A stretch of DNA of 64,000 bases from a virus, in IMG/VR virus record IMGVR_UViG_3300022890_000014, positions 32,001 through 96,000 of that record; one strand, 5' to 3'. Numbering within the stretch: the stretch's first letter is position 1; each line of letters opens with the position of its first letter. Shown here one piece after another: positions 49,955 through 59,730 of this stretch. A program made the translations under genes and the position numbers. The notes under the pieces were generated by a model. It was given only the letters and a program-made list of their open reading frames with translations, did no database searches and was not told the DNA's origin.

Positions 49955-49964
49955 GCCTTACGCA
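49948..49964. repeat. 17-bp palindrome copy (stop codon; directly upstream of the ParB-like gene)
   Basis: Perfect. Confidence 0.95.
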
Positions 49965-49985
49965 CCAATAACGGAGAAGTCTAGA

Positions 49986-51620
49986 ATGACAATCGCTAAG
50001 AAAATCCTAACCACATGCACCCCCGAACAATTGATTATCGTCAGCAACATTAAGTCCGGTGAACTCAAAAACGTCGAGAGCCTTGGCCGCACGATGCTGC
50101 CACCCACGGGACAGAAGGTTCCACTGCTTGTTTTCCAGGTTGCTGATGATCTCAAAGTCATCTATGCTGCTCTTAAAGAAAGAGGGGTTGAACTAGAAGA
50201 TCTCTTGGTAGAACTCAAAGATCTCGATAAAGAGACCGAGAAGACCGACTACGAAGAGTTAGAACGTATGATTGAGGGTGTCCGAGCTAATATAAAATTG
50301 ATGGAACAAGACCTCGAAATCCTTGAAGAAGTGGAAGACCCCGAAAATACCTACCGTATTGTTGATGGTCATCGCCGCTTCACCGCTGGTGTCTTCATTG
50401 GTCTCTCAAGCTTCGATATTATCATCCATCCCGCAGAAGCCGACCCATCAAAGGTCATCACTGACCAGATGATTTTGGGTATGCAACAAGAAACCCTGTC
50501 AAAACTCGACGAAGCCCGTACCTACCGCAACCTTCGCAGCTTAGGCAAAACACAAGACGAAATCATCAAAGATACTGGTAATGCCGTTAAGCGTTCCACT
50601 ATCCTTCAGCGTGGCAAAATCCTCGACGTTTATGAAAGAGTTGAGCAGTTCCCACAAGCTAACGAAGAAGCTAGCGTCTTCCTCGATGCAATCGATAACG
50701 ATTCTTTCAAAGTCCAGATTCTCACCAAAATGGGTCAGTATCTCGAAGAAGATGATGTCGCCGATTCTGGCTGGTTGTGGATGATTGAACTCGCTAACAC
50801 AGGCGTTTCCGGTGAAAACTTCGCCACACAATGCAACGATAAATTCGGTGCAAAAGCTGGCCCGACCTCAACTGCAAAGAGCACTGAAGAAGGTGGAATC
50901 AAGACCGCTGGTGGTGTTCGTAAACGCAATGCTTCTGAAATCGAAAAGACATGCAAGTTCTGGCAAAACCTCGCAACCGCCGGACTCGAAAACAGAGCCG
51001 AAAAAGGAGATGCCTGTAATATCTCCAAGATCGATCAGGCTCGCGTCGAGTACGCTGCTTTGCAAGCAGAATGCGATCTCGGTGGAGAAGAGCCTCCAGT
51101 ACCCGAAAGCTTCAAGAAAGCTGCTGAGTACATGAAGAAGCAAGAAAAAGCTGCTGAAGTCAAAGACAAGGAAGCTAAGGCCGCTCTTAAGACCGAAGCA
51201 TCGAAAGAAAAGAAAGAAGCCGCCTCTGCTGAGAAAGAGAAGAAAAAACTCATTATCGATGAGTTCAAGAATCTCTACAAGCTTGATGTCAAAGCTGTCG
51301 AAACCACAATCAAGGCAAACAACGCCAAGATTACCAAGCTCAACGAAAAGATCACAACAGAGAAAGATGAAACCAAACTCAAGAGAGCAACTGGGGAACT
51401 CGAAAAAGCAGTGAATATGCAACTTGTCTTAGACAAGAAGCTTGCTAGCGCTAAAGAGTCTCACGAAGCGTCTAAACCCGAATGGCTGAAAGAAGACGAA
51501 GCCAAGAAGGAAAAAGCCAGAATCGAACGTGAAGCCAAGAAAGCTGACGAAGCTCTCGAAGCTGCCTCTAAGCCAGTCGTCGTCGAAGCTCCAGAAGCTC
51601 CAGAAGCTCCAGTCGAATAA
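49986..51620 (+). CDS. parB: ParB/Noc-family (ParB/Srx CTPase + HTH) protein with coiled-coil insert and K/E-rich tail
   Basis: 'VESLGRTM...GQKVPLLV', 'YRIVDGHRRFTA', 'QQETLSKLDEARTYRNLRSLGKTQDEI...G...RSTI' HTH; start moved to MTIAKK after ACGGAG SD. Confidence 0.8.
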   Translation: MTIAKKILTTCTPEQLIIVSNIKSGELKNVESLGRTMLPPTGQKVPLLVFQVADDLKVIYAALKERGVELEDLLVELKDLDKETEKTDYEELERMIEGVRANIKLMEQDLEILEEVEDPENTYRIVDGHRRFTAGVFIGLSSFDIIIHPAEADPSKVITDQMILGMQQETLSKLDEARTYRNLRSLGKTQDEIIKDTGNAVKRSTILQRGKILDVYERVEQFPQANEEASVFLDAIDNDSFKVQILTKMGQYLEEDDVADSGWLWMIELANTGVSGENFATQCNDKFGAKAGPTSTAKSTEEGGIKTAGGVRKRNASEIEKTCKFWQNLATAGLENRAEKGDACNISKIDQARVEYAALQAECDLGGEEPPVPESFKKAAEYMKKQEKAAEVKDKEAKAALKTEASKEKKEAASAEKEKKKLIIDEFKNLYKLDVKAVETTIKANNAKITKLNEKITTEKDETKLKRATGELEKAVNMQLVLDKKLASAKESHEASKPEWLKEDEAKKEKARIEREAKKADEALEAASKPVVVEAPEAPEAPVE

Positions 51621-51666
51621 GTTTGTACTAGCCAATGGCTAGTTGGTTCTAGAAACAGCAAAGAAG

Positions 51667-51695
51667 AGGGCGGTCCACATGGTCGCCCTTTTTTT
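51667..51695 (+). terminator. Rho-independent terminator after the ParB-like gene
   Basis: AGGGCG...CGCCCT stem plus T-tract. Confidence 0.7.
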
Positions 51696-51706
51696 ATGGG
51701 GATGTA

Positions 51707-52306
51707 ATGAAACTAATAGTTGTGGAGGGTGTGAGAGGAGTTGGCAAGGATACATTTGCTGAAGTTCTCGCAGATGAGCTTCGCTCAGAAGGTGTCAATG
51801 TAATAATGTCAACTGAGCCTACTGAGGGCTTATATGGAGGGAGAGCTTTATTCAGAACTTCAAGAGGCTACAATGATGTTGAGACATCACTCTTGTTCTT
51901 CCTTGATAGAAAAACTCACATAGAAGACCTAAAAAAGATATGTCCACCGGATGGGATAGCAATCATCGTAAGGTACTCACTCAGTACATATGTATATCAG
52001 GATGATAAAAGTCTTACCGAGATGTTGCACAAAAGAATAGACAAGCCCGATTTCACTGTTCTGCTTGATTCAGATTTTGATACGTGGAAAGGAATCAACT
52101 CACGAAGCTCTAGTACAGGAGACAGAGCAAAACTTCGCTCAAGTGACATGGACGAAGAGAGATACACAAAGTATCGCAAGCTGTACATGGATGGTGTTAA
52201 ATCTCCGAACTTAACCAAAAAATATGTTGTCATTAATGCCTTCAACGATGTTAGCAAGATGGTTGAGAAGGTATGGGTTGACATGCTAGAACTAATAGGA
52301 AAGTAA
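51707..52306 (+). CDS. tmk: Thymidylate (dTMP) kinase
   Basis: LIVVEGVRGVGKDT P-loop, TEPT, LFFLDR, RYSLSTYVYQ, KPD. Confidence 0.9.
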   Translation: MKLIVVEGVRGVGKDTFAEVLADELRSEGVNVIMSTEPTEGLYGGRALFRTSRGYNDVETSLLFFLDRKTHIEDLKKICPPDGIAIIVRYSLSTYVYQDDKSLTEMLHKRIDKPDFTVLLDSDFDTWKGINSRSSSTGDRAKLRSSDMDEERYTKYRKLYMDGVKSPNLTKKYVVINAFNDVSKMVEKVWVDMLELIGK

Positions 52307-52636
52307 ATGGTTGCACTAGATAAGTTTGCTGAAGAGAAAAGCAGAGCATTAATGTTGGCAAAGTCTAGTATCACCCAGGAAGCTGGTAATAAAAAGGTGA
52401 TGACTAGTCTGGAATCAGCTATTCATAATGTATTAGCAAAGAAACCATCGTCACATATTTGCATACCAAGCTTCATGTCTGGTATAGCCATACATGCCAA
52501 GGATGAAGAACTGGTAACAGCAAAGAAAGTTATCGGACCACTCATACACGACATGATTGATAGAGGTCATATCAAAAGACATGATACTATCGATGCATAC
52601 GTTAGAGGGTATAAGTTTATAGACTGGGAAATCTAA
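52307..52636 (+). CDS. Hypothetical protein (possible winged helix)
   Basis: 109 aa, coupled to tmk. Confidence 0.55.
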   Translation: MVALDKFAEEKSRALMLAKSSITQEAGNKKVMTSLESAIHNVLAKKPSSHICIPSFMSGIAIHAKDEELVTAKKVIGPLIHDMIDRGHIKRHDTIDAYVRGYKFIDWEI

Positions 52637-52659
52637 GCTCAAACCGTGTGTGTTCTCTG

Positions 52660-52676
52660 TGCGTAAGCCTTACGCA
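52660..52676. repeat. 17-bp palindrome copy
   Basis: Perfect, intergenic. Confidence 0.95.
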
Positions 52677-52702
52677 CTAACTTTTTTTTCAAGGAGAAAC
52701 TA

Positions 52703-53917
52703 ATGACAGCTGTATCTGAGTTCTTAGAGAAATACAAAGACTTTACTCCGTGGAGTACCACCAAGATCGCTGCAACTCAATGCCCCTATTATACAAACAA
52801 GGTGACATCACTAGGACATGGAGACACCTTTAAAGACCTTGATGTTGTAAATGTGTTTGCGAATGAGTATCTTGAAGGTGGACTAACTGTACATGACATG
52901 ATGGAAAACTGGAATCGACATCATGTATACGGTGATAGACTTAAAACTGCTGGCGAAATGCTTGCCAGTAAGAAGCTCTCCACCGATGAGATGTTGTTGT
53001 GCTCTAGACAGTACAAAAAGACAAAGAACCACTTCCAGTACAATGAAGATGGTACTCCGAAGTTCGATGGTGGCAAGGTCTTACTTATCGAAGAGTACGT
53101 CGGTTTAGATAAGGACGGCAATCCAACAACCAATCCAGATGAGGTATTCTTCGGAGGAACTATGGATCTTGTCCAAGGTGAGCAGGACGGCGAGATCCTG
53201 ATCACTGATTATAAAAGACAGTTCAACATCCTGTCCGAGACTGACATCGCTAAGAAGTTCCAAACAAAAGTGTACTTGTGTATCTTAGCAAGAATGTTCA
53301 ACGCCACCAAGGTCACATTCCGAATGTACTTCCTTCGATGGAATACATGGAGAGATGTCTCTGTATCTGGCATCGAAGCTGCATTGTGGTGGGATGAGAT
53401 CTGTGATGTTGCTGAAGCAAGACAAAGCCTGATAGAGACGTGGAAAGACAATCCAATCGCAATCCCTGGAGACTTCTGCTCATTATGCTTCTTTGCCAAC
53501 GAGTGCCCTGCGTTGTCTCTTGATTCTTCGGAAACAGGAGTTATTAGAAACTCTGTCGATGCAAGCATAGCTGCTGGTCTTCTTCTCATTGGAAAGAAGC
53601 GTGTCTCTGAGGGTGAAAGACTTCTCAAGGCTTGGTGTTCCAACAATGGTAATGTGCAAATAGGAGACTCATACTTTGGGTATCATGTGTCTGAGAATCC
53701 TTCTTGGAATGTTACTAATCATGAAGAGTTTGACAAGATTGTCTCTGGTCAAAACAGTAAGCCTCAAGCATACAAGAACTACAAGAGCGATAAGCTAAAA
53801 TCAATCATGAAAAAGGCAGAAAAGGAAGCTGCAAAAGGAAAGCCAGAACTTCTATCAAGTCTATCAGAGCATGTGAATCCATTCTACAAAACCACATTCA
53901 AAGCTAAAAAGGCGTAG
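52703..53917 (+). CDS. PD-(D/E)XK exonuclease (RecB/Cas4-like)
   Basis: CP...G...H, GTMDLV...ITDYK, Q..VY, PGDFCSLC....CP. Confidence 0.85.
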   Translation: MTAVSEFLEKYKDFTPWSTTKIAATQCPYYTNKVTSLGHGDTFKDLDVVNVFANEYLEGGLTVHDMMENWNRHHVYGDRLKTAGEMLASKKLSTDEMLLCSRQYKKTKNHFQYNEDGTPKFDGGKVLLIEEYVGLDKDGNPTTNPDEVFFGGTMDLVQGEQDGEILITDYKRQFNILSETDIAKKFQTKVYLCILARMFNATKVTFRMYFLRWNTWRDVSVSGIEAALWWDEICDVAEARQSLIETWKDNPIAIPGDFCSLCFFANECPALSLDSSETGVIRNSVDASIAAGLLLIGKKRVSEGERLLKAWCSNNGNVQIGDSYFGYHVSENPSWNVTNHEEFDKIVSGQNSKPQAYKNYKSDKLKSIMKKAEKEAAKGKPELLSSLSEHVNPFYKTTFKAKKA

Positions 53918-53919
53918 CC

Positions 53920-54453
53920 ATGAAGAAAGCTCCCATCAACAAACTTCTTGTGCTAGGTGATAACGTTCTTGTCAGAGTGGTTCCACCAAAAAAGGTTTTG
54001 TCTTACGGTATCATCATTCCTGGCGAGATTGACGATACTACTCTCTCTCATTCAAGATGTGTTCAGATTATAGCTATCGGTGAAGGCAAGCGCGTTAAGT
54101 ATAAAACTGACAAGCTGTGGGTCGAAGGAACTCACAGATGGAGAGATGTAGTTCATGAGTTGCCAGCAGGCAAGCCAAGCAAGAAATATGTTGAAGCATT
54201 AGAGGTTGGCAAATTCTACATCATGGCACATCCTTTCTGTGCCAATGTACGCATTGAAGTGCGCACTGTTCCAGAAGCTATTGCGAAACTCTTTCATGAT
54301 GATGAAGTCAACGTTGTTGATGGTGTGAAAGAATACAGTGTCGGAATACTCCAAGCCAACGAGTTAACACTTGCTATTGAACTCGAAGAGTGCGAGACTG
54401 AACACCATATCATGCAATACGTAGAGTACGGAAAACAAATATCTATAGGATAG
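53920..54453 (+). CDS. groES: GroES-like co-chaperonin, enlarged
   Basis: LGDNVLVR...GIIIPG...IIAIGEG GroES signature. Confidence 0.65.
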   Translation: MKKAPINKLLVLGDNVLVRVVPPKKVLSYGIIIPGEIDDTTLSHSRCVQIIAIGEGKRVKYKTDKLWVEGTHRWRDVVHELPAGKPSKKYVEALEVGKFYIMAHPFCANVRIEVRTVPEAIAKLFHDDEVNVVDGVKEYSVGILQANELTLAIELEECETEHHIMQYVEYGKQISIG

Positions 54454-54457
54454 TGCT

Positions 54458-54889
54458 ATGAGCATTGTGAGGTCTGATGCTATGACTCTGTTGAGGTTGG
54501 CTTTTAGTAAGATGTTGTGGATTTATGTATGCAGTATCACCAGAGATAAAGATGAGAGAGTTGAGATACATTCTCATACACTACATACAATAGATCATAT
54601 GTGCGCGAACAGGTATTCTATACCGAACAAAGTATGGACCAGGAGAGATGCAAAGAGAGTTCTTACATACATTGAGAATATAATGCCTGAGAAGAAACGG
54701 CATCTTCTTGATCAGGCTATAGCAAAAATTGATTCAGAGGATGTAACTTTTGAGAGGAAGTCAGATCTTCACGAATCCAGAGAAAACAAATCTGTTGACA
54801 AATCGTATGAATTGAGAGATCATACAAAGGTAGCATACGGAATCACCGCTGAATCGATAAGAAAAGAGATAGGCACCTGTTCTAAGTAG
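54458..54889 (+). CDS. Hypothetical protein
   Basis: 143 aa. Confidence 0.55.
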   Translation: MSIVRSDAMTLLRLAFSKMLWIYVCSITRDKDERVEIHSHTLHTIDHMCANRYSIPNKVWTRRDAKRVLTYIENIMPEKKRHLLDQAIAKIDSEDVTFERKSDLHESRENKSVDKSYELRDHTKVAYGITAESIRKEIGTCSK

Positions 54890-54916
54890 AGGCTGTCTGT
54901 CATAAAAACATTAATT

Positions 54917-54946
54917 TGCGGAGTTAGCACCTTCGCATTTTTTTTT
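54917..54946 (+). terminator. Rho-independent terminator
   Basis: TGCGGAG-TTAGCAC-CTTCGCA plus T9. Confidence 0.6.
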
Positions 54947-54957
54947 AGGAGATACTA

Positions 54958-55353
54958 ATGAGAAAAGGATCAGTAAGCACCAAGAGAGAGCTTAAACAAA
55001 ACGTCCAAGGCAAGTGGAGAGAAAAGACTATCCATGAGCATGCTCACGATGGCATCTCATTTATTCTCAAGAAGCTCAACGAAGAAGATGGCGTACAGTA
55101 TCATCTGTGCAGAGAGAAAGAGACAGTCGAAGGTAAGCCTGAAACTGCGAAATACATGAACCAGTTCACTGTAAATGGTGATGAGAAAGCTATGTCTGTA
55201 ACTGGTAACGCTGTTGTATCTTGGTTCGATATGGAAGGCAATCATCACGATAGAAAAACCAAAGTCACATACAAGTTTACTGGGTATATAGGAAGAGATA
55301 ATCTGCATCAGAACACACTGATAGTAGAAGAATACGAAGTCGATGGAATCTAG
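54958..55353 (+). CDS. Hypothetical protein
   Basis: AGGAG SD; 131 aa. Confidence 0.65.
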   Translation: MRKGSVSTKRELKQNVQGKWREKTIHEHAHDGISFILKKLNEEDGVQYHLCREKETVEGKPETAKYMNQFTVNGDEKAMSVTGNAVVSWFDMEGNHHDRKTKVTYKFTGYIGRDNLHQNTLIVEEYEVDGI

Positions 55354-55357
55354 TGTT

Positions 55358-55374
55358 TGCGTAAGCCTTACGCA
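55358..55374. repeat. 17-bp palindrome copy
   Basis: Perfect, intergenic. Confidence 0.95.
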
Positions 55375-55411
55375 TGGACTGATATAACTTTTTTAGCATG
55401 GAGAATGTCAA

Positions 55412-56479
55412 ATGATTAGGTCAGAGGTTGTTATTAGTAATTGTTCCGTCAAAGAAAACAAGGGTGGCGGCAAGTGGTATCTTCAAGGCAAGCTAAAACG
55501 GGTCGGAGAAGACGTTCTGGACTTCAAGTTCTGGGACTACAGAGATCCCGAAGATGCTAGTCAAGAGCCAAAAGCAGCGAAAGATGGTTTCTATCTCGTA
55601 GAGTTCAAGATTGATCAATGGAAAGGAATAAATCAGGCTGTCATAAGCGCGATGAAGGAGACTGAGCATCCAAGTCAAGAGCTTAGAAATTGCGCAGTCG
55701 TGAAGCCTATAGCAGATATAGACATCGAGGATGTTTTAAAGAGGCTTTCATTCTACATTTCGTCTATAGAGAATGAGGCGATAAAAGACCTAGTGAAGAT
55801 GTGTCTTTCTGTGTCAGTTTTTGACTGGGACTCAAAATGGGAGCCTGAAGATATAGTTGATGTGCTTACCAGCGGTCCATCAAAATTCACAGAAATGTGG
55901 GGGGCACGAAGCCCTGGTCATCATTCGTACACCGGCGGGTGGCTTGTACATACATACGAGGTTCTTGATGGGGCAATGGGAATACTTAGTGCATCAGGCA
56001 GGATTTCTGAATTTCACAGATCTGCAACTGCTATTCCTGCTCCAATGAAGGATGCAACGATAGCCTCTGCTATCTTACATGACATTGGCAAGTTTTTCGA
56101 GTACGATATATCAAGTGGTATGTCCTGTAAGAGATCTGACGTAGGAGACTTACATTCTGGACATCTATTCTTATCGGTTCGTGTCATAGATAGAGTAATT
56201 GATATGATAGACAATCTAAGAAATTCATCAGCAGGCTCATTAAGAAGTGGCGCAACTGGAGAAGTGATTGAGCATATCATGCATGCGGTAGCTTCGCATC
56301 ATGGATTGGATGGTAATCCAGAGTCCTCACCAAGAACTATACCTGCCATATGCCTACACCACGCAGATGCCGCAACCTCGTCCATTACAAAAATCAAAGA
56401 CAATATCTTTGAAGCCGAAGGAGGAAGAAAGAAACACTTTGGAGAAATGCTTGTTAAGATGAATGCAGGTTTATATTAA
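55412..56479 (+). CDS. yhaM: YhaM/Cbf1-like OB-fold + HD-domain 3'-5' exonuclease
   Basis: KFWD, HHSYTGGWLVHT, LHDIGK, GH, SHHG, LHHAD motifs. Confidence 0.85.
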   Translation: MIRSEVVISNCSVKENKGGGKWYLQGKLKRVGEDVLDFKFWDYRDPEDASQEPKAAKDGFYLVEFKIDQWKGINQAVISAMKETEHPSQELRNCAVVKPIADIDIEDVLKRLSFYISSIENEAIKDLVKMCLSVSVFDWDSKWEPEDIVDVLTSGPSKFTEMWGARSPGHHSYTGGWLVHTYEVLDGAMGILSASGRISEFHRSATAIPAPMKDATIASAILHDIGKFFEYDISSGMSCKRSDVGDLHSGHLFLSVRVIDRVIDMIDNLRNSSAGSLRSGATGEVIEHIMHAVASHHGLDGNPESSPRTIPAICLHHADAATSSITKIKDNIFEAEGGRKKHFGEMLVKMNAGLY

Positions 56480-56502
56480 AATTTTAGAGTGGAGAATACA
56501 TT

Positions 56503-57219
56503 ATGAAGAATAGAGTAGGTGGCCTAACCATAAATCGCAAAACGATAGTGGCTACTCTTTTCTTAAGCTTTGTTGCTATAGCTATCCCATTTTTGTATGT
56601 GTATGCAGCAGATACAAAAGCTGCTAGAACGATAAAGCATATTAAAGATACTATGACTGTAGAGTATATCGTTGCTGTAGTCGTAGCATCGTATGTAATT
56701 ATTACCTTCTTCCTTGAGTTCTTTAAGAAGATGGGATGGGTAAAAAGCAAGGCTGATTCACAGACTGGAGATATTTTTGAACTAAAGAACGTTTTGATGC
56801 CCAAAGGAATTGACTTTAAAAAAACAGAGATAGGTGCTATAATAAAGCGCAGTGAAGATGTTGAGGATGCAGTAAAAGATATTGCTTCTCTTCTACACAG
56901 CTTGTCCTCTGTTAAAGAAGACTGCAAAGAGATAAAGTCAAGACTAGAGGGGTGTGATGAGCACTATAGGAAAACCTCAAGGGTATACGATCTTCTGGAG
57001 ACAGATGTAGGTTCAACTCCTAAATTCTGGTGTTCTGGTCATGACAAGTTAGAAGCTGATAGCGATAGCCTTATAGTGCTATTGAAAGATCTAACTTCAA
57101 GGGTTGATGTTATGACCGAGAGCATAGAGAAGAATCAAGAAATCCAGAGGATGTATGTTCAGAATCAATCATCAATGACAGCTTTACTTGAACTTATCCT
57201 TCAGAAGAAAGCTGTGTAA
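56503..57219 (+). CDS. Membrane protein, two N-terminal TM segments plus coiled coil (holin-like candidate)
   Basis: Hydrophobic helices at about aa 14-35 and 53-73. Confidence 0.5.
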   Translation: MKNRVGGLTINRKTIVATLFLSFVAIAIPFLYVYAADTKAARTIKHIKDTMTVEYIVAVVVASYVIITFFLEFFKKMGWVKSKADSQTGDIFELKNVLMPKGIDFKKTEIGAIIKRSEDVEDAVKDIASLLHSLSSVKEDCKEIKSRLEGCDEHYRKTSRVYDLLETDVGSTPKFWCSGHDKLEADSDSLIVLLKDLTSRVDVMTESIEKNQEIQRMYVQNQSSMTALLELILQKKAV

Positions 57220-57239
57220 CTATCCCTGGAGTACAGAGA

Positions 57240-57437
57240 ATGCAACGAACACTGGATGCCACTGGAATGTTTAGTTTGGTCTCTAGCACATCTGACAAAC
57301 TGGACAAGCTAATGGAGAAGCATCTTCCAATTAACAGCCAAACAAGACGGAAGATAGTACTCTCGCCAAAGAGTGTTCCTTCTGGCAGCAAAAACCTTTC
57401 GCGTAAGGCTTACGCAGGAAAAGAAAACGGAGAATGA
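57240..57437 (+). CDS. Small hypothetical protein
   Basis: GGAG SD; fills the gap between neighbours. Confidence 0.4.
   Translation: MQRTLDATGMFSLVSSTSDKLDKLMEKHLPINSQTRRKIVLSPKSVPSGSKNLSRKAYAGKENGE
57400..57416. repeat. 17-bp palindrome copy
   Basis: CGCGTAAGGCTTACGCA. Confidence 0.95.
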
Positions 57438-57438
57438 T

Positions 57439-57882
57439 ATGAGCGGTTCCAAAAAGTTTGCAAGCAAGAGAAGCGGAAATATCTCGGCAAAAGGTCCGAG
57501 AACAACTACAGATAGTGACCAGACCAGAATTGAGAGACAAAAGAAGTCTGTCAAGTTATCTGAGAAGGCATATATCTGCGATCAGTGTGGAGGCAAAGGA
57601 ACATTGATGCTTCCTGAGTTCCGAAAGGAAGACGAGGGGGTAATATGGTTCCTGAAGCTCAAGAAAGCTCTTGCTTGCAAGCCTGATGGATGGAACTTAT
57701 TCATGACGGGAAAGGATATTATTGTTATAAGAGATCCAGAGAATGTAAATGAACCTTTAGATGTCTCTGGATTACGTCTCAATCTAGGTCAAATCATAGC
57801 ATATGAATCTGCTGCTCTTGACCTAGGCATAGACCTTCCAGACATGGAACAACCAGAGGAGGGCGAACCTTCTGCTGAATAG
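57439..57882 (+). CDS. Hypothetical protein (CxxC)
   Basis: Start moved to MSGSKK after ACGGAG SD. Confidence 0.6.
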   Translation: MSGSKKFASKRSGNISAKGPRTTTDSDQTRIERQKKSVKLSEKAYICDQCGGKGTLMLPEFRKEDEGVIWFLKLKKALACKPDGWNLFMTGKDIIVIRDPENVNEPLDVSGLRLNLGQIIAYESAALDLGIDLPDMEQPEEGEPSAE

Positions 57883-57890
57883 GAGTTGCC

Positions 57891-59705
57891 TTGAAGAAAT
57901 TCATAGATGGACTAACCGAAGAACAGAAAGCCCCGATTGAGAACTATCAGGGTGGTCCAACAAGGATAACAGCGATACCTGGTTCTGGAAAGACAAGAAC
58001 CTTAGTAGCACTAGCTGCTTTCCTTTGGGATAAATATGGAGGAACTAAAAGCAATCCAAAGACAAGGCTGATAACCTTCACGACAAAAGCTGCGAACGAA
58101 GCAAGAGAAAGACTAACCCTCCTGTGTGGACCTAAAGTTCTAAACTCCGTAACAAATTTTCATCAGCTAGCAAGCAGAATATATAGGTCTAGCAAACCTG
58201 ATTATTTCTGGCCGTCAGATTGCACATATACGGCTAACTCCATAGATAAGACTGTATACAACATGCTAATGGAGAAGTATGATTTAGACCTAGACAAGAA
58301 CGAAGTCAATAGGAAATGGAGCGAAACAGTAAATGGAATAGCGTCTATAGAAGAAGCTGAGAATGAGTTTATGTTCTGCGGGTCAGAAGAATCACAGATA
58401 ATATACGAGATGTTGCAAATATATAAGAAGAAAAAGATACTTCCGCTTGACCTACTAGTTCCTCTCGCCGTGTCACTACTCCGAAGAAGCTCAAGGCAAA
58501 CATGTGAATACCTACTAGTTGATGAGTTTCAAGATTCAAACAAATCACAAATGGAGTTCTGCAAGCTATTACTAGGTAATAGCAACAATATTATTGTAGC
58601 TGGTGACAAGAACCAGAGTATCTACCAATGGAGAGGAGCAAGACCAGAGAACATTGGCTATGAGTTTGAGAAGAGATACAAGGGTTTTAGTTCCTATATG
58701 TTAACGAAAAACTTCCGTTCCACGCCAATCATTCTATCTGCTGCTAAAGGTGTGCTTGAGCAGCTACATGAAGATGTGCCTCAACATGTAGCACATAGTA
58801 CAGACTGTAGTGGAAAGATATACTTTTCAGAGCCATACGGGATGAAAGAGGAGGCTTCTTTGGTATCTCGCTGGATAAACAAGAAAGTAGCCGAAGGATT
58901 GGAATACAAAGACTTCTACATATTATATAGAATGCATAGCAATATGTACGAAGTTGAAAAGTCCTTGATAAACAATAGAATACCGTATATAATTCATAAA
59001 GGGTCGTCGTTCTTCAATAGGATGGAAGTACTAGATCTTATCGCATACATCAAATGGGCCATAAATCCAAGAGATAGAGAGAGTGCTGAGAGAGTAATCA
59101 ATAAACCGAGGAGAGGTATAGGCAAGGTGACTCTTGGCAAGATAAATCTAAACTACACTGATACTAGTGATTGGCCTAAGAAAGCTATGCCTCTGAATGA
59201 TTTCATGGTAGGTTTAAACTGGTTAATCGAGAACCTATGTGCAGAACCAGACTCTCTTGTCGAAGAATTACTAGAGAAAACTGGACTGTACGAGTTCTAT
59301 GAAAACGACCCTGATAGACAAGACTCAATGATGGCTATCCTTACGATGGCTAAAGAAGCAAAAGAAGCTGGTCTTAGTCCAAAGGAGTTTCTTGACGAAC
59401 TATTCCTGTGTCAACCAGCAGACTCGAACGACGATAACGCTGTCAGGCTTATGACTATGCATTCCGCAAAAGGTCTTGAGTCTAAGGCAGTAATATTAAT
59501 ACATGCCTGCGATGCTATCATCACAGCAGGAGATGAAGAGGAGTGTAATCTTGTATACGTAGCTGTTAGTAGAGCAGAAAAGGAACTGTTAATTTCTAGT
59601 CCACAGGTTGTGTACAGATTTGGTACTCCAATAGTAACAGACAGAACATGCTTTCTAGACCACATAAACAAAGAGACATTTGGAGATAGACTTGAGATAC
59701 TATAG
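57891..59705 (+). CDS. UvrD/PcrA/Rep SF1 DNA helicase
   Basis: AIPGSGKT, TFTTKAANE, VDEFQD, GDKNQSIYQWRGA, NFRST, TMHSAKGLE, YVAVSRA. Confidence 0.95.
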   Translation: MKKFIDGLTEEQKAPIENYQGGPTRITAIPGSGKTRTLVALAAFLWDKYGGTKSNPKTRLITFTTKAANEARERLTLLCGPKVLNSVTNFHQLASRIYRSSKPDYFWPSDCTYTANSIDKTVYNMLMEKYDLDLDKNEVNRKWSETVNGIASIEEAENEFMFCGSEESQIIYEMLQIYKKKKILPLDLLVPLAVSLLRRSSRQTCEYLLVDEFQDSNKSQMEFCKLLLGNSNNIIVAGDKNQSIYQWRGARPENIGYEFEKRYKGFSSYMLTKNFRSTPIILSAAKGVLEQLHEDVPQHVAHSTDCSGKIYFSEPYGMKEEASLVSRWINKKVAEGLEYKDFYILYRMHSNMYEVEKSLINNRIPYIIHKGSSFFNRMEVLDLIAYIKWAINPRDRESAERVINKPRRGIGKVTLGKINLNYTDTSDWPKKAMPLNDFMVGLNWLIENLCAEPDSLVEELLEKTGLYEFYENDPDRQDSMMAILTMAKEAKEAGLSPKEFLDELFLCQPADSNDDNAVRLMTMHSAKGLESKAVILIHACDAIITAGDEEECNLVYVAVSRAEKELLISSPQVVYRFGTPIVTDRTCFLDHINKETFGDRLEIL

Positions 59706-59730
59706 CTATCTATACTGAATGTAGAAGTAT

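Noticed and set aside
18773-49985. N-terminal 'MRKPYA/MLRKAYA' peptides shared by several ORF-track proteins (19363, 23808, 32684, 49947) as a targeting signal
   Set aside because: Artefact of the ORF caller starting inside the DNA palindrome; better SD-supported starts lie just downstream
52660-52690. 17-bp palindrome as a generic intrinsic terminator
   Set aside because: Only this copy has a nearby T-tract. Most copies lack one, several are intragenic, and separate conventional terminators exist
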